Shown: piece by piece, positions 33,755 to 44,040 of the stretch | How the letters are laid out: every line of letters begins with the position of its first letter | Position numbering within the stretch: the first letter of the stretch is position 1 | Origin: Schizochytrium sp. TIO01 | Lineage: Eukaryota; Protista; Bigyra: Labyrinthulomycetes | NCBI GenBank assembly: GCA_004764695.1 | Contig: SMSO01000035.1 | Coordinates: 1,550,001-1,614,000 of the forward strand | Length of the DNA stretch: 64,000 bases | Direction of reading: 5' to 3' | Position numbers and translations under genes: made by a program | The notes under the pieces: generated by a model | Seen by the model: only the letters and a program-made list of their open reading frames with translations | Told to the model about the DNA's origin: nothing | The model's database searches: none

Positions 33755-35740
33755 ATGTCCTCTAGAAAAGGACACCGTGATCGTAAACGAGAAAACAGGA
33801 AAAAAACTTCGGAGAGCGCAATCATGGACAGCGATGAAGACAAATCGGATCAGAGCGAGGATGACAGGCCATCGGTTGGGAATGAGTATCAGAGCGAGGA
33901 TTCAGACTCCGATGATGCTGACTTCAAGAACCGCAGATCGAGCAGATTGAGCAACAAGAAACGCAAGAGCAGAAGTGAATCGATGAATGGGTCTGCGAAG
34001 GCATCAGTAGACAATGTTGAAGGCATGGACGATGATCTTTTGGAAATGCAGAGGATGCTGGAAGAGAAGCTGGAGAAAGAACGAAAATTTGAGGAGCTGA
34101 AGAAAAAAGAGGCAGAGGAGGACCGGAAGCAGGCTGAAACGCATGAAGCTACGCGTAGACAGCTTGAGCTATTGCAGGCTGCCTCTGGCCCTCCTGTTTC
34201 AATGAGCTCATGGGGAAGCTCAGCCTTATTTTCACTATTTTCTCGCAACACAGAGAAGACAGAAATGAACTCACCCATTGATGGCCTTAACGTCATCGAA
34301 CTTAAAGAAGAGCCGGAGTCAGCGCTTAACTCCAAGAGACCGTGGAAAAGACTCCGTGGCTTCATCAAAGAGAAAAACTCTCATATTGATATTGTTATTC
34401 ATGAGAATCTCATTTTTAAAGTAGCTGCTGACATTGGAAATAACGCAGCTATAGTGTCCCGAGTGCCGGGTGATCTTGCTTCGTGGCTGATCTACTCAAT
34501 TATGGAGAGTGATAATGACGGCACAGCAAACATTGCCTTGGCTAACCTTCACTCTATCCTCGAAGGTGAAGAGGTTGTTGATTTCGGCCCCAGCTTTGTC
34601 AAACTGCATTCACAGAAGAAAGCTCCGTCTCAATACGCCTCTGAGTGGAAACCTTCTGCAAAGCTTCTGCGTGAGTATTCAATTTGGCTTGGTTTTGACA
34701 TTGAATCTGCAACATGGTGCGAGCTTGAGGTTGCTATGGAGGACATCGACGCGAAGTTTCGAAGACTCCAGAAAAGATCAAAACGTCCTCAAAGTTTACA
34801 TAGATATGTACGTCTAATTGAGCTCTGCGCTCAATATCATTGGCTTGATCTGAGCGATAGCAAAGAAACAGAAGAACTTTTGACCATGCTATTTTTGCTT
34901 ACGAATGATGCTGATTTTCAAGGTGTGCTTAACCTGTACCCAAACCAATTTCTTGCGAGTATCTTGGAGGTGGTACCAGATGATGTATGGAACAAATGTC
35001 TCGACAAAATCATCTCAGAGACATGGAAAACTATTGAATCACGATTTCCAAAGCCAAGTCGAATGGAAGTTCTTGACGACACGAAAGCGTCCACGCAGGA
35101 AACGGAGCTCTTAGCTATTTATTCGAGTGCTTTTCTCGGATCAGTTGCGCATCTTCCAGCGACAAGCGAACGTTGCCTTGAGTGCAAGGTGCGATTTGCT
35201 CTTTCGTGGGCCCGATCAGAAAGGATTCAGACTTTGACACTCTTCAAAATTCCAATGACTGATGAAAATCTTGCGACATCGATGAAGTATCTCGAGCCGT
35301 CCAACACAGCGTCTGATGTTGAGGCGGTTACGCATGTAGCCCGGGCTTTGATAGCCCGTATTGTTGGCCTAGCAGTTCGTTCTGGGAAACATGAGATGGC
35401 ATCCTCAAGTAGAAGCACAGTGCCTGTTCAAGATGTTCCATTTTTTCATGCCATGGACGTTGCGATTGATTGTTTGACACAAATGCTTATCAGCTTCGAG
35501 GGAGTCAAGGACGAAGATGGACTTCTCAATGTTCGCCGCGGTATTTATTCTGACCTGTGGTCACTCTTTGATAAGCTCGCACAGCGTTCAGAAGAGACCT
35601 TACCGTCTATGAGTATTGTACACTTTAAAATCACGGATGAGCTGATGCCCAGGTTTAAACATTATCGCGCACCTGGTCGTACGACTGGACCTAAGCAAAC
35701 AGTGCTTAACTTTGCTTCAACCCACTCTAATACTGACTGA
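33755..35740 (+). CDS. Probable SLF2/FAM178/Nse6-like SMC5/6 loader subunit
   Basis: Basic/acidic disordered N-terminus, a coiled coil, then a helical domain with ordered motifs resembling the SLF2 C-terminal domain (VPGDLASWL, WKPS...LGFD, LIELCA, LLTMLFLL, VAHLP..SER). First ATG is at 33755. The CDS is solid; the family call is by eye. Confidence 0.6.
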   Translation: MSSRKGHRDRKRENRKKTSESAIMDSDEDKSDQSEDDRPSVGNEYQSEDSDSDDADFKNRRSSRLSNKKRKSRSESMNGSAKASVDNVEGMDDDLLEMQRMLEEKLEKERKFEELKKKEAEEDRKQAETHEATRRQLELLQAASGPPVSMSSWGSSALFSLFSRNTEKTEMNSPIDGLNVIELKEEPESALNSKRPWKRLRGFIKEKNSHIDIVIHENLIFKVAADIGNNAAIVSRVPGDLASWLIYSIMESDNDGTANIALANLHSILEGEEVVDFGPSFVKLHSQKKAPSQYASEWKPSAKLLREYSIWLGFDIESATWCELEVAMEDIDAKFRRLQKRSKRPQSLHRYVRLIELCAQYHWLDLSDSKETEELLTMLFLLTNDADFQGVLNLYPNQFLASILEVVPDDVWNKCLDKIISETWKTIESRFPKPSRMEVLDDTKASTQETELLAIYSSAFLGSVAHLPATSERCLECKVRFALSWARSERIQTLTLFKIPMTDENLATSMKYLEPSNTASDVEAVTHVARALIARIVGLAVRSGKHEMASSSRSTVPVQDVPFFHAMDVAIDCLTQMLISFEGVKDEDGLLNVRRGIYSDLWSLFDKLAQRSEETLPSMSIVHFKITDELMPRFKHYRAPGRTTGPKQTVLNFASTHSNTD

Positions 35741-38053
35741 CTAAAAACAAACCTCATTATCTTTCCCAAACTTCATCTGGTTCAAATGTTAAAATCTATC
35801 CCACATAGTATGTTATATATTCGCCAGCTTCGTGCATAGCGCCCCCATCTCGAACATATCGCATTGCTCAGTTAAAATCAGTGCCATCTGCTTGGCATGA
35901 ATGATTAAATCTTAATACTGAAGAACAATGAAACCATGGTAGCCGAGATGTGAATCCCAATTTACCTGTGTTAATATATCGTAGTTTTCCTGAATATCTT
36001 GCGATTGCATACGTATTAACATTCAGCACATGACCACTCCTGTGCTAACAGACTACTTTCATAGAACGATTTTTCCTCCATGGAATGACTTCGATCCAGA
36101 AGATTGACAGAACACACTCAGATTGCTCCTCGAGACATCTTACTTACATGTGTTTGAGCCTGAATCAAATATACTAGTACCTAGCCATGCCAACCACAAC
36201 AAGCCTTCAAGTTCAACACATCTGCGTTAAAATGAAATTGAGACTCAGCTTCAAAACTTAGCCTGTCCCCCCAAAATGATATCAAGATAGTAACCAAACC
36301 TTAATATATCATCTCAGAACACTTGGTAGGCACGGGTGCCTACTCCACATAAGCGTCTAATGGTTCCCAAGTTAAGACTTGAGTTTCTATCCATCGATTA
36401 GGGTACTATTCCACTAGTAGTCTCGCACTAGTGGGAATGAGTCCTTGCTTAAGGCCGTATCTAGTCAAGTACTAACATCGGGCACGTCAGGAAACAATCG
36501 AGCTTGGCGATCTTAGAATAGCCCCGGAATCTTTGACAGTCATTCCTAGTCGCTTTTTGCACCAGCTTGGAGAAATGTCAATCAAATCCTACGACACGGT
36601 CTCGCACCCACCAGAGGCTATCACTGGGTACGCTATTACTGATTTCTCTCTTCTGCAAAGAATGATCGCAGATTGACTCAAGTTTAAGACAGAGTCTACC
36701 CTAAATGGTGTTCAGCCCCCCGGGGTTCCTCGCCCGCCTTGAAAACACTAGCTTTAAATAGAGAGCTTCTAGTATGGCGAAGGATTCTGTGTCGTTGCTG
36801 GTTTTAGTTTCATGCATTGAATGACCATGATTGTACCAAGCATTCTCAGAATTCGAGGTCCGAGTCCTTTGACGCTTCACGCGGAGACTTGATTTTGTAC
36901 TTGTCTCTCTCGAAGGGTTCACTTGGTCGCTCATTTCGTGCCTTTGCGCAACAATACAAAAGCTCGTACGAGCTAGTTTCGAAGTGCAGACACAGGACTG
37001 CAAGGATGAACACAGAAAGAAGAACGATTTGGCAGGCGAGCAAGGTGCCTCTGCACTCTCGCCAGTGAGAGCTCAGATGCAGCGCTCGAGAGGGCTCTCT
37101 AGCACCTACTAACTAGGTACATAAGTAGGTAGTAGGTACTTAGCTACCTTAGGGAAAGATACTACCTGTACTCAAGTACTTTCGGCGCCTTTAGGACGGG
37201 CGGGAAACCTGCCCGGTCTACCCTAGAAGGCTTCCCGATCCTCAAACTTCTCTCAGGTCCTCGGCTGCGAGCTCATCAAGTCTACGACGTGCTTGTACCA
37301 CACGCTGCCATGCCGATGCTCCCAGGGCTCTATAACCCCGAAGATCTCGCGATCTTCGCCCAAACAAAGTCAACTAACTCTGTGCCACTCCTGGAATCGC
37401 CGTCAGCCCCAAGTACAGGAATCCAAAGCTCCACTCAGTGTTTGGCAATTCCACACACACAGACACAGACACAGATGCAGACACAGACGCCGCTTTACCT
37501 TGCGTCCCAACCGAAGGCAATGGCGATGGGCGGTGACGGACTTGGACCACGGATCGGTATCGAGTATGTATCCCGTTGGCCTTGGACTTTTCAAATCAGC
37601 CAAGCAAGCAATTGCTCGATGCTGTGAAGGACTGACTTTCCACCATCCATAGATCTTCAAGAACCGGAGAACAGCTCGAAGCGAAGATATTCTGCTACGC
37701 CTCCAGGAAAGGTGGAACGAGCAGTTCTGCGAGGATCCTCTGCGTGGCACTCACTCACTCACTCACTCTCTGGCTGACTGGTTGACTGGCTGGCTCGCCG
37801 CATCCATGTCCGTATCCGTCCGTCGCCACATCCTCATGGAATCCACGCGCTGGCCTGAGTTTCCTTCGCCACGCTTAGTGCCGCAATGTATCCAATGCAA
37901 CGCTCTGCTGAGGAGTCAGAGGAAGGAAGGAAGAAGAAGAAGAAGGCAAATAAGTCGATCAATATCTTTCCTTTTGCAAGCTGCGTCTGAATGTTCCAAG
38001 TTTCTAAAGAAAACCAAGAACAAGAGGAACTCAGGCCGAAACAATCACTCGTT

Positions 38054-38136
38054 ACATACATACATGCATACATACATAGATGAATAAATAAATAGATAAT
38101 TGAATGAATGAATGAATGAATGAATGAATGAATGAA
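38054..38136. repeat. Compound (TACA)n/(AATA)n/(TGAA)9 microsatellite
   Basis: Directly visible. Confidence 0.9.
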
Positions 38137-39197
38137 AACCAACATCAATTGCAATTTCTGCACCGTTCGCAGCCAGCGAGATCGGAACGGACCCACTGCA
38201 AACTTCTATGTTGCCCCACGGTGCAGTAGACGCGGGTAGAGCCTTCGCGCGGTGAGGGGGTTAGATAAGAGGGTCCGTGAGGGTAGGTCTGACGTATCTT
38301 TCTTTCATGCGGATTCGAAATCAGTTGGCCGCATAGTCAGCTGTAACAATCAATTGCTGCTGCGATGCGATCGCCCATCTTGAAGGACTGAGGTTGGCGC
38401 CTTTCGGACTGCTGAAGAAAGTCTTCGAGCTCAAGCTAGCTCAGCTGGACTTGGAGCGGAGCTGGTCGAAGTCGTGGTGTCAGTCAGCCTGGTCAGCCCA
38501 AAACCCGCTCGGACTGGCTCAGTCGGCGTGGGCAGCCCAGGACTTGAGAGACCCAGTTGGTTCCTTCTGCCCTGCTCGTTCTGGGAGCCCTTCTTCGCAG
38601 GAACCGGGAGAGAGCGAGTCTCGTGAAAGCGGACTTGGACTTGCAAATCAATCAATCATGGTCTGCGAGTTGCGAGGAGCATCGCGCAGAGCAGCTCCAG
38701 AGTTGGCCCTGAGTAGTTGGCTCGCTTACGAGGCAGGGACCGTGACTGCCTGCGCAAGTGCACTCACTGCCTTTGCGGTGCCTAGCTCTAGAGAGACATA
38801 CCGTGTCGCGCTCGCTCGTCGTGCCACGTGAGAGAGCACGCACACAAGCACGAATATCTTTTGCTGGAGGTATCCTGGATCGCCTCCCTGGAGCATATGG
38901 GTCCTGAGGGGTCGCTTGGGCTGAGGAGGAGGGTGCAGGAGCAGGTAGTGAGAGCGTAGTAGGAGAGGGTTTTCAGCTGCAGATATGGGTAGAACCCGCG
39001 CTAGGTAGCAGAAACTAGTCCAGTCTGGGCCCTTAGAAAAGAATAGAAAAAGCAGGAAGCAGCGTCTGGCAGCAGCATCTCAGTTGGAGGTTGCAGCAAA
39101 TCCGAATCACCGAGTGAACGAGCAGCACTCACGCAGATAGAAGGGCAGACCTAATTTTTGTTTTGTTTTCTGATTCTAGTGTATAACATTGAGAACG

Positions 39198-40325
39198 ATG
39201 GCAACCCGTAATGAAGTTGATCCCCACGCCCCGGAGAATGATCTCGACAAGTGGCTGGCCAAGGGCAAGAAGCTGACTGATGAGGAACTCAAGGAGAACG
39301 GCATTGCCGATATTCCCATCTTGGACCCGCACCATCACTTCTTCCCGACGAATACTATTCTGCCCCAGTCTTACTATCAGACCTTCGGCCGTCGTCTGCC
39401 AACCACCAAGGCTTACGAAGATGAAGCACTCAATGGCGATATTGGCCGTCTTAATGTTAAGGGAACCGTCTTTATTGAGTGCGGATCATACTATGACAAG
39501 GATGCACCCGAACATCTCAAGTATGTCGGTGAATCGCGCAAGATCGAGGAGCTTGCCAAGAAATGCCCCGTTGTTGGAAACCAGGTCCGTGTTCCGGATC
39601 TCGGTATGGAGCCTGAACTCCTTAACGAGCTCCTTGATGCACATGCCCAGGTCAGCCCGCATTTCACTGGTGTTCGAGTGCCTGTAACTTACATTGAGCC
39701 CAAACGCCGTAGCACCTACTCGAGCGCAATGGACCACCCGAACCCGCATGACCACCTTCGCTCTCCGGAGTTCATTCGAGGCGCCAAGATCCTCGCCGAG
39801 CGTGGCCTCGTCCTTGACATCTACCTTTGGTACCACCAGCTCGAGTTCGCTGCTGAACTTGCACGTGCAGTGCCTGACCTTGCTATCATCATCGACCATG
39901 TTGGTGGACTGATCGGTGACCAGGAATACGCGACGCCTGAGGTACAGAAGGAGCAGAAGGAAGTGTGGACGCAAGGCATCAACGCTCTTGCCGAGTGCCC
40001 GAATGTGCGAATCAAGCTTGGAGGCATCCTTATGGCGTACTGTGGCTTTGGTTTTGATGAACGTGACGCGCCTCCCACTGTTGATGAGCTCGCCGATGCG
40101 CAGTACCCCTGGATGTCCTACTGCATTGAGAAGTTTGGACCCGAACGCTGCATTTTCGAGTCCAACTTCCCAATGGACAAGGTATCCTGTGATTACGAGA
40201 GCCTTTTCGCATCCTACATGGTCATCGCGAAGCGTGCTAATGTTCCCGCCGATGACATTAAGAAGATGTTCTATGACAACGCTGTCAACACTTACAAGCT
40301 TCAGGTGGAAGGCAACAAACTCTAA
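39198..40325 (+). CDS. Amidohydrolase_2 family metal-dependent hydrolase (COG3618, sugar-lactonase-like)
   Basis: ILDPHHHF (HxH), TVFIEC, IIIDHVGG, CPNVRIKLGG, FGPERCIFESNFPMDK. Codon bias suggests high expression. ATG at 39198, preceded by a branch site, pyrimidine tract and TAG acceptor at 39179 (5'UTR intron). Confidence 0.92.
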   Translation: MATRNEVDPHAPENDLDKWLAKGKKLTDEELKENGIADIPILDPHHHFFPTNTILPQSYYQTFGRRLPTTKAYEDEALNGDIGRLNVKGTVFIECGSYYDKDAPEHLKYVGESRKIEELAKKCPVVGNQVRVPDLGMEPELLNELLDAHAQVSPHFTGVRVPVTYIEPKRRSTYSSAMDHPNPHDHLRSPEFIRGAKILAERGLVLDIYLWYHQLEFAAELARAVPDLAIIIDHVGGLIGDQEYATPEVQKEQKEVWTQGINALAECPNVRIKLGGILMAYCGFGFDERDAPPTVDELADAQYPWMSYCIEKFGPERCIFESNFPMDKVSCDYESLFASYMVIAKRANVPADDIKKMFYDNAVNTYKLQVEGNKL

Positions 40326-40697
40326 ATTATAATCTTTTATATATTTTTCTCCTCTTTAAACAATGTAATATTTTGGTCTGCTGCTCATGCAAAACCCGAT
40401 AACCTCGAACTTTATCTCAATAGTACACCTTGTTACATTTTCTCACTGGCCTTAAAAACAAGCGAAACGAACGCAACCTTGTTTAGAATCAACTAAAAGA
40501 GGAAGTCATTCGAGATTAATACTCAGCATCTTACAGCACCGGATCTATAAGGAATGAACAATCTTCACATGACCCTGATGACAATCTGATCTGCTCTCAA
40601 TATCATTTGAGAAATATGTATTGGAGCACTCATTAGAGTAAATCAGGTTTGAAACTTGCTGAGCATTTTTGGTTATGTTCCGCATGTGAAATTTACG

Positions 40698-41953
40698 TTA
40701 ATCTAATGAAATATGGTAAGTTTCTGCAGCAGTTCCTGCAAATAGGCGCTTTATATCTGTTTCAGATGCAGAAAAGCGTTTGGCCATGATCATAAAACTT
40801 GCAAAGAGGTTCACAAAGGTACTCGAAACACGATCCACTGGGAAATTACTCTCAAACATGCAACGAGCGGGAGTAAAGAGTTCAAGAAGCACCGAAAATG
40901 TAGGGTATTGAGCATCAGCAAGCTCCTGAGCACTCGCAGGGGTTTCTTTCTCATCTAGACCCAGCCCTGAATAGTGCATCAGTAAACCACCAAGCTTCAT
41001 GCGCACGTTTGAGCATGTGGCAAGAGCTCTGACGCCCTGTTCCCAATCTTCCTTGACTTCCTTTCGTACCTCATCCGTGTCATAACCAGAGATACCTAGA
41101 ACTCCTCCGGCGTGGTTGCAAACAATTGCTATTTTCATTATGTGTGTGTATGATCGAACGATCACAAAAACAAAGTTAGTATTGTCCACTGTCAATCTTT
41201 GTCTCCATGTACATTTCTTCTCCCGAAAATTATCAAGATATCAAGAAACTTACTGAGTTCAGGAACCGCCTTTGCCAATTTAACCAAGGAAGGTAATTGA
41301 TGATAAAATATGAAAACGTCTAATATCATTCCACGTTCGGCCATGACTTTTGCGTTATGAACCACTTCTGACGTGCATAGGTATTCATGAGAAATGGGCT
41401 CGGAATATTCGCTAAAAAGGGTATTGGCACCCTTGTCCTCATACATGTAGATTTGGCCTTTCCTTTTGGGTTCGGCAACTCCTGCGAGATAGCGAAGACC
41501 TTTAAAGTAGCGACTTTCCGAGGCATGGGCGTCCAGAAGTTGTTGAAATTCCTCAGTGTCCATACCAAGGTTCCCGACAGCTCCAAGAATACCCTTTACG
41601 CGTGTATTGGAGGCCATTTTGTGTACAGCTCGTGTTTCACCAACTGGCCACATGTTTTTGGGAAGTGACCTGTCGTAGAACTGGGTGCACTCAACAAAAA
41701 TGCTGGCCTTGACGTTCTTGGACAGTTTACCATAGCATGCCATCATTTCTTTCTCCATAAATGGCTTGTGGCTGTTGATGCGGGCTCCAAACCATTCGTA
41801 GTGCTCGCGAGGCAAGTCATTCTTGCTTGCAGCAAAAAAGTGGTGATGCGCGTCAATAATTGCTAGGTCTTCACTAAAGCCAAACTCTAAAAGGTCCTCT
41901 TCGCTTAGCTCAGGGCCCAGAGCAAGCCATTCCTCAAGGTCATTCGCCCGCAT
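40698..41953 (-). CDS. Amidohydrolase_2 paralog, two exons (41953-41254 and 41128-40698)
   Basis: Two track ORFs join through a GTAAGT...TACTAAC...TAG intron to give ...AVPEL-T-IVCNHAGG, collinear with AVPDLAIIIDHVGG in the paralog. Spliced length is 376 aa versus 375 aa. Motifs IIDAHHHF and RCMFESNFPVDR are present. Confidence 0.9.
41129..41253 (-). other. Spliceosomal intron (125 nt, phase 1)
   Basis: Donor GTAAGT at 41253, branch TACTAAC at 41181-41175, acceptor TAG ending at 41129. Removal restores frame and paralog alignment. Confidence 0.9.
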
Positions 41954-42783
41954 TGTCACAACTAGCCTATTTGGGTTTTATAGGTACCTGCATCCCTTCT
42001 TTTTCTTTTTTTTATCTTTTTCATTTCTTCCACTATATATCTCTGAAACAAGAGAGCGTTCGACAACTTTATCAAAGCAAAATGCCCTTCATGTTCTCTT
42101 CTGCCGAGAAGATACAGATGAAGAATATAATCAGAAAAAGATAGTACTACGCAACCGGTACGTACCTACCATCGAAGAATCGAACTCACACATCTTGTTG
42201 TGCTCTTTCGAGTATCAGAGTTGACGTCGAAGTTATTTCAAGCATATGATGGGATAGCACCCTTAGTGCTTTGGGTGCACAATGTTCACAATAAATAGAC
42301 TATTTACTTTAGTTATAGGTATGTAGGTAGGTATACTACATAGGTAGTAGTAGATAGTACTTAGGATTCGAAATTGGTTCATAGTGTCAACCTTATTCAT
42401 AAAAATTGTCGTCTCTTGTCCAGCTAGTGTCTCCTCTCATTGACATGCCACGCACGCGCAGGCTTCGCTTGAACATCAATTCCCTCTCAACTTCATCCAC
42501 CAGAACTAGGTGTCCTGGATAGCTTTGGTGGTTTGAGCTGGACCTCGGGGCGCAGGGCACGAGTTCTGCGTCTTCAACCAAGTTTTACTTTGCACGCGCG
42601 ACACTATTTCACAAAGACAGACGTACCTCAGTTTTAGTTTCCTGCATCTTGCACGCGCTTTTTGAGTTCACTGCTTTGCAAAAGTAAAAACAGAGCAACC
42701 AAGAAGGAGGGGTTGGAGCTCACTGTGAGAGCCTTGGAGTCTTCACGAGGCTACTGAGGGCTTGCTGATCAGCAGCGTACTGT

Positions 42784-43527
42784 ATGGCGAGAAAAGGAAT
42801 GATGCAGTTTCTGCTGCTGGCGTTTGCTGCGCTGTACTCGTTGCCTTTAGTTACTGGTTTCATTGATGTTGACACAAGAGCGATTTACTTGACTACTCCT
42901 GTTGCTAATGAGAGCGGACTCCCTGACGATTTCGTAGACTCGCTTCCGTATAGCAGCTGGACTGGAGATGGAGACGGCTACAGCTGCTCTTCGTGCATTG
43001 GAAAGGTCGAGGTACCAGACTCCACCAATACTTCCAATGTCACATTGCTATGCCACTTCTGCCCTGACCCAACCCATACTTCACAAGGCTATTGTGAGTG
43101 CACACTACCTTCGGAGGCCTTCGTATGTCCTATTTTAGGTCAACCTACGATGATTTATGGATGCGGTGTTGGCTACTCAATCTCAGGTTTTCTCGCTTTT
43201 GTCATGGTGCTCGTGTGTGTGCTCATTATGGCATGCTTCATGACGGATGATCTGACGAAAGAACTTGTACAAGAAAAATATGCGAACCACCGTAGGAAGA
43301 AAGAGCGTGCCAAGGAAGAAGAAGGAGATAGTTCATCAGAGGATAGCCATCCATTCCCGGACTCCCTGGCAGACGTTGAGAGAGTTCGCGGCGGCAAGCT
43401 CTCCTTCAGTATTTCTGTACCTTTTCAGACCATTCGGATTCGCCGTTTTGCCAGACGTGCAAGCCCGAACCAAATCATTGCTGCTGTAGATACCTCTTCA
43501 ATCCAGCCAGACTCCTCGCACAAATAA
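42784..43527 (+). CDS. Type I membrane protein with signal peptide and Cys-rich (PSI-like) ectodomain
   Basis: Hydrophobic N-terminus; CSSC...CHFC...YCEC...CP cysteine spacing; one TM segment (FLAFVMVLVCVLIMACF); charged cytoplasmic tail. Confidence 0.75.
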   Translation: MARKGMMQFLLLAFAALYSLPLVTGFIDVDTRAIYLTTPVANESGLPDDFVDSLPYSSWTGDGDGYSCSSCIGKVEVPDSTNTSNVTLLCHFCPDPTHTSQGYCECTLPSEAFVCPILGQPTMIYGCGVGYSISGFLAFVMVLVCVLIMACFMTDDLTKELVQEKYANHRRKKERAKEEEGDSSSEDSHPFPDSLADVERVRGGKLSFSISVPFQTIRIRRFARRASPNQIIAAVDTSSIQPDSSHK

Positions 43528-44040
43528 TGAACCGAATTTTAGTGTTCAGACAAAACAAAACAACACTAGTGTATTCTGGTTTCTGCAATACCTTTTGACC
43601 CCCATCTTCATGTTTCTTTCATACTCCAACTTTGTGCGCTCCTGGATTCATATATTTCTCGAAGTTGCTTTACAACCCTCATCGAGTTATTGCTCTCCTT
43701 ATTCTACCCTCGTTACTCTATGTTAGCATCCTTAAACCTGTGATTATCCTGTTCTTCCTATCCTCTTTTCTTTGTATCCCTTAGATTGTAGATACAGCAT
43801 AATTCATGGCCAGCTCTATTATTAATTTGACATGAAATCTACGCAAAACGAAGATTAATAATAATTTTGTTTCCAATCGTTCATGAAAAACAAAAAGAGA
43901 ATAATTATCCACCGAGAGATAGGTATTTATATTAATAGAAGTACATACATGAAAAGGCGTCGTCTTGATAAATTTTCACGCCTCCATTTTATGATACAGA
44001 TATTTCTGCAGTTTGAATTTGACAGATGAAAACAACTTTT

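Noticed and set aside
36326-36434. Two small inverted repeats (GTAGGCAC/GTGCCTAC and CCACTAGT/ACTAGTGG)
   Set aside because: Stems of 8 bp are expected by chance in 64 kb; no TIR/TSD structure or RNA family motif.
37695-37735. CAGG...GGAA...GAGCAG resembling SRP RNA helix 8
   Set aside because: The required base pairing is absent and no Alu domain is seen.
40698-41959. Split amidohydrolase read as a pseudogene, frameshift or two-gene operon
   Set aside because: A canonical intron explains the split and restores a full-length protein.
43390-43430. Possible GC-AG intron in the PSI-like gene
   Set aside because: Only ~35 nt long, no branch site, and the ORF is open without splicing.
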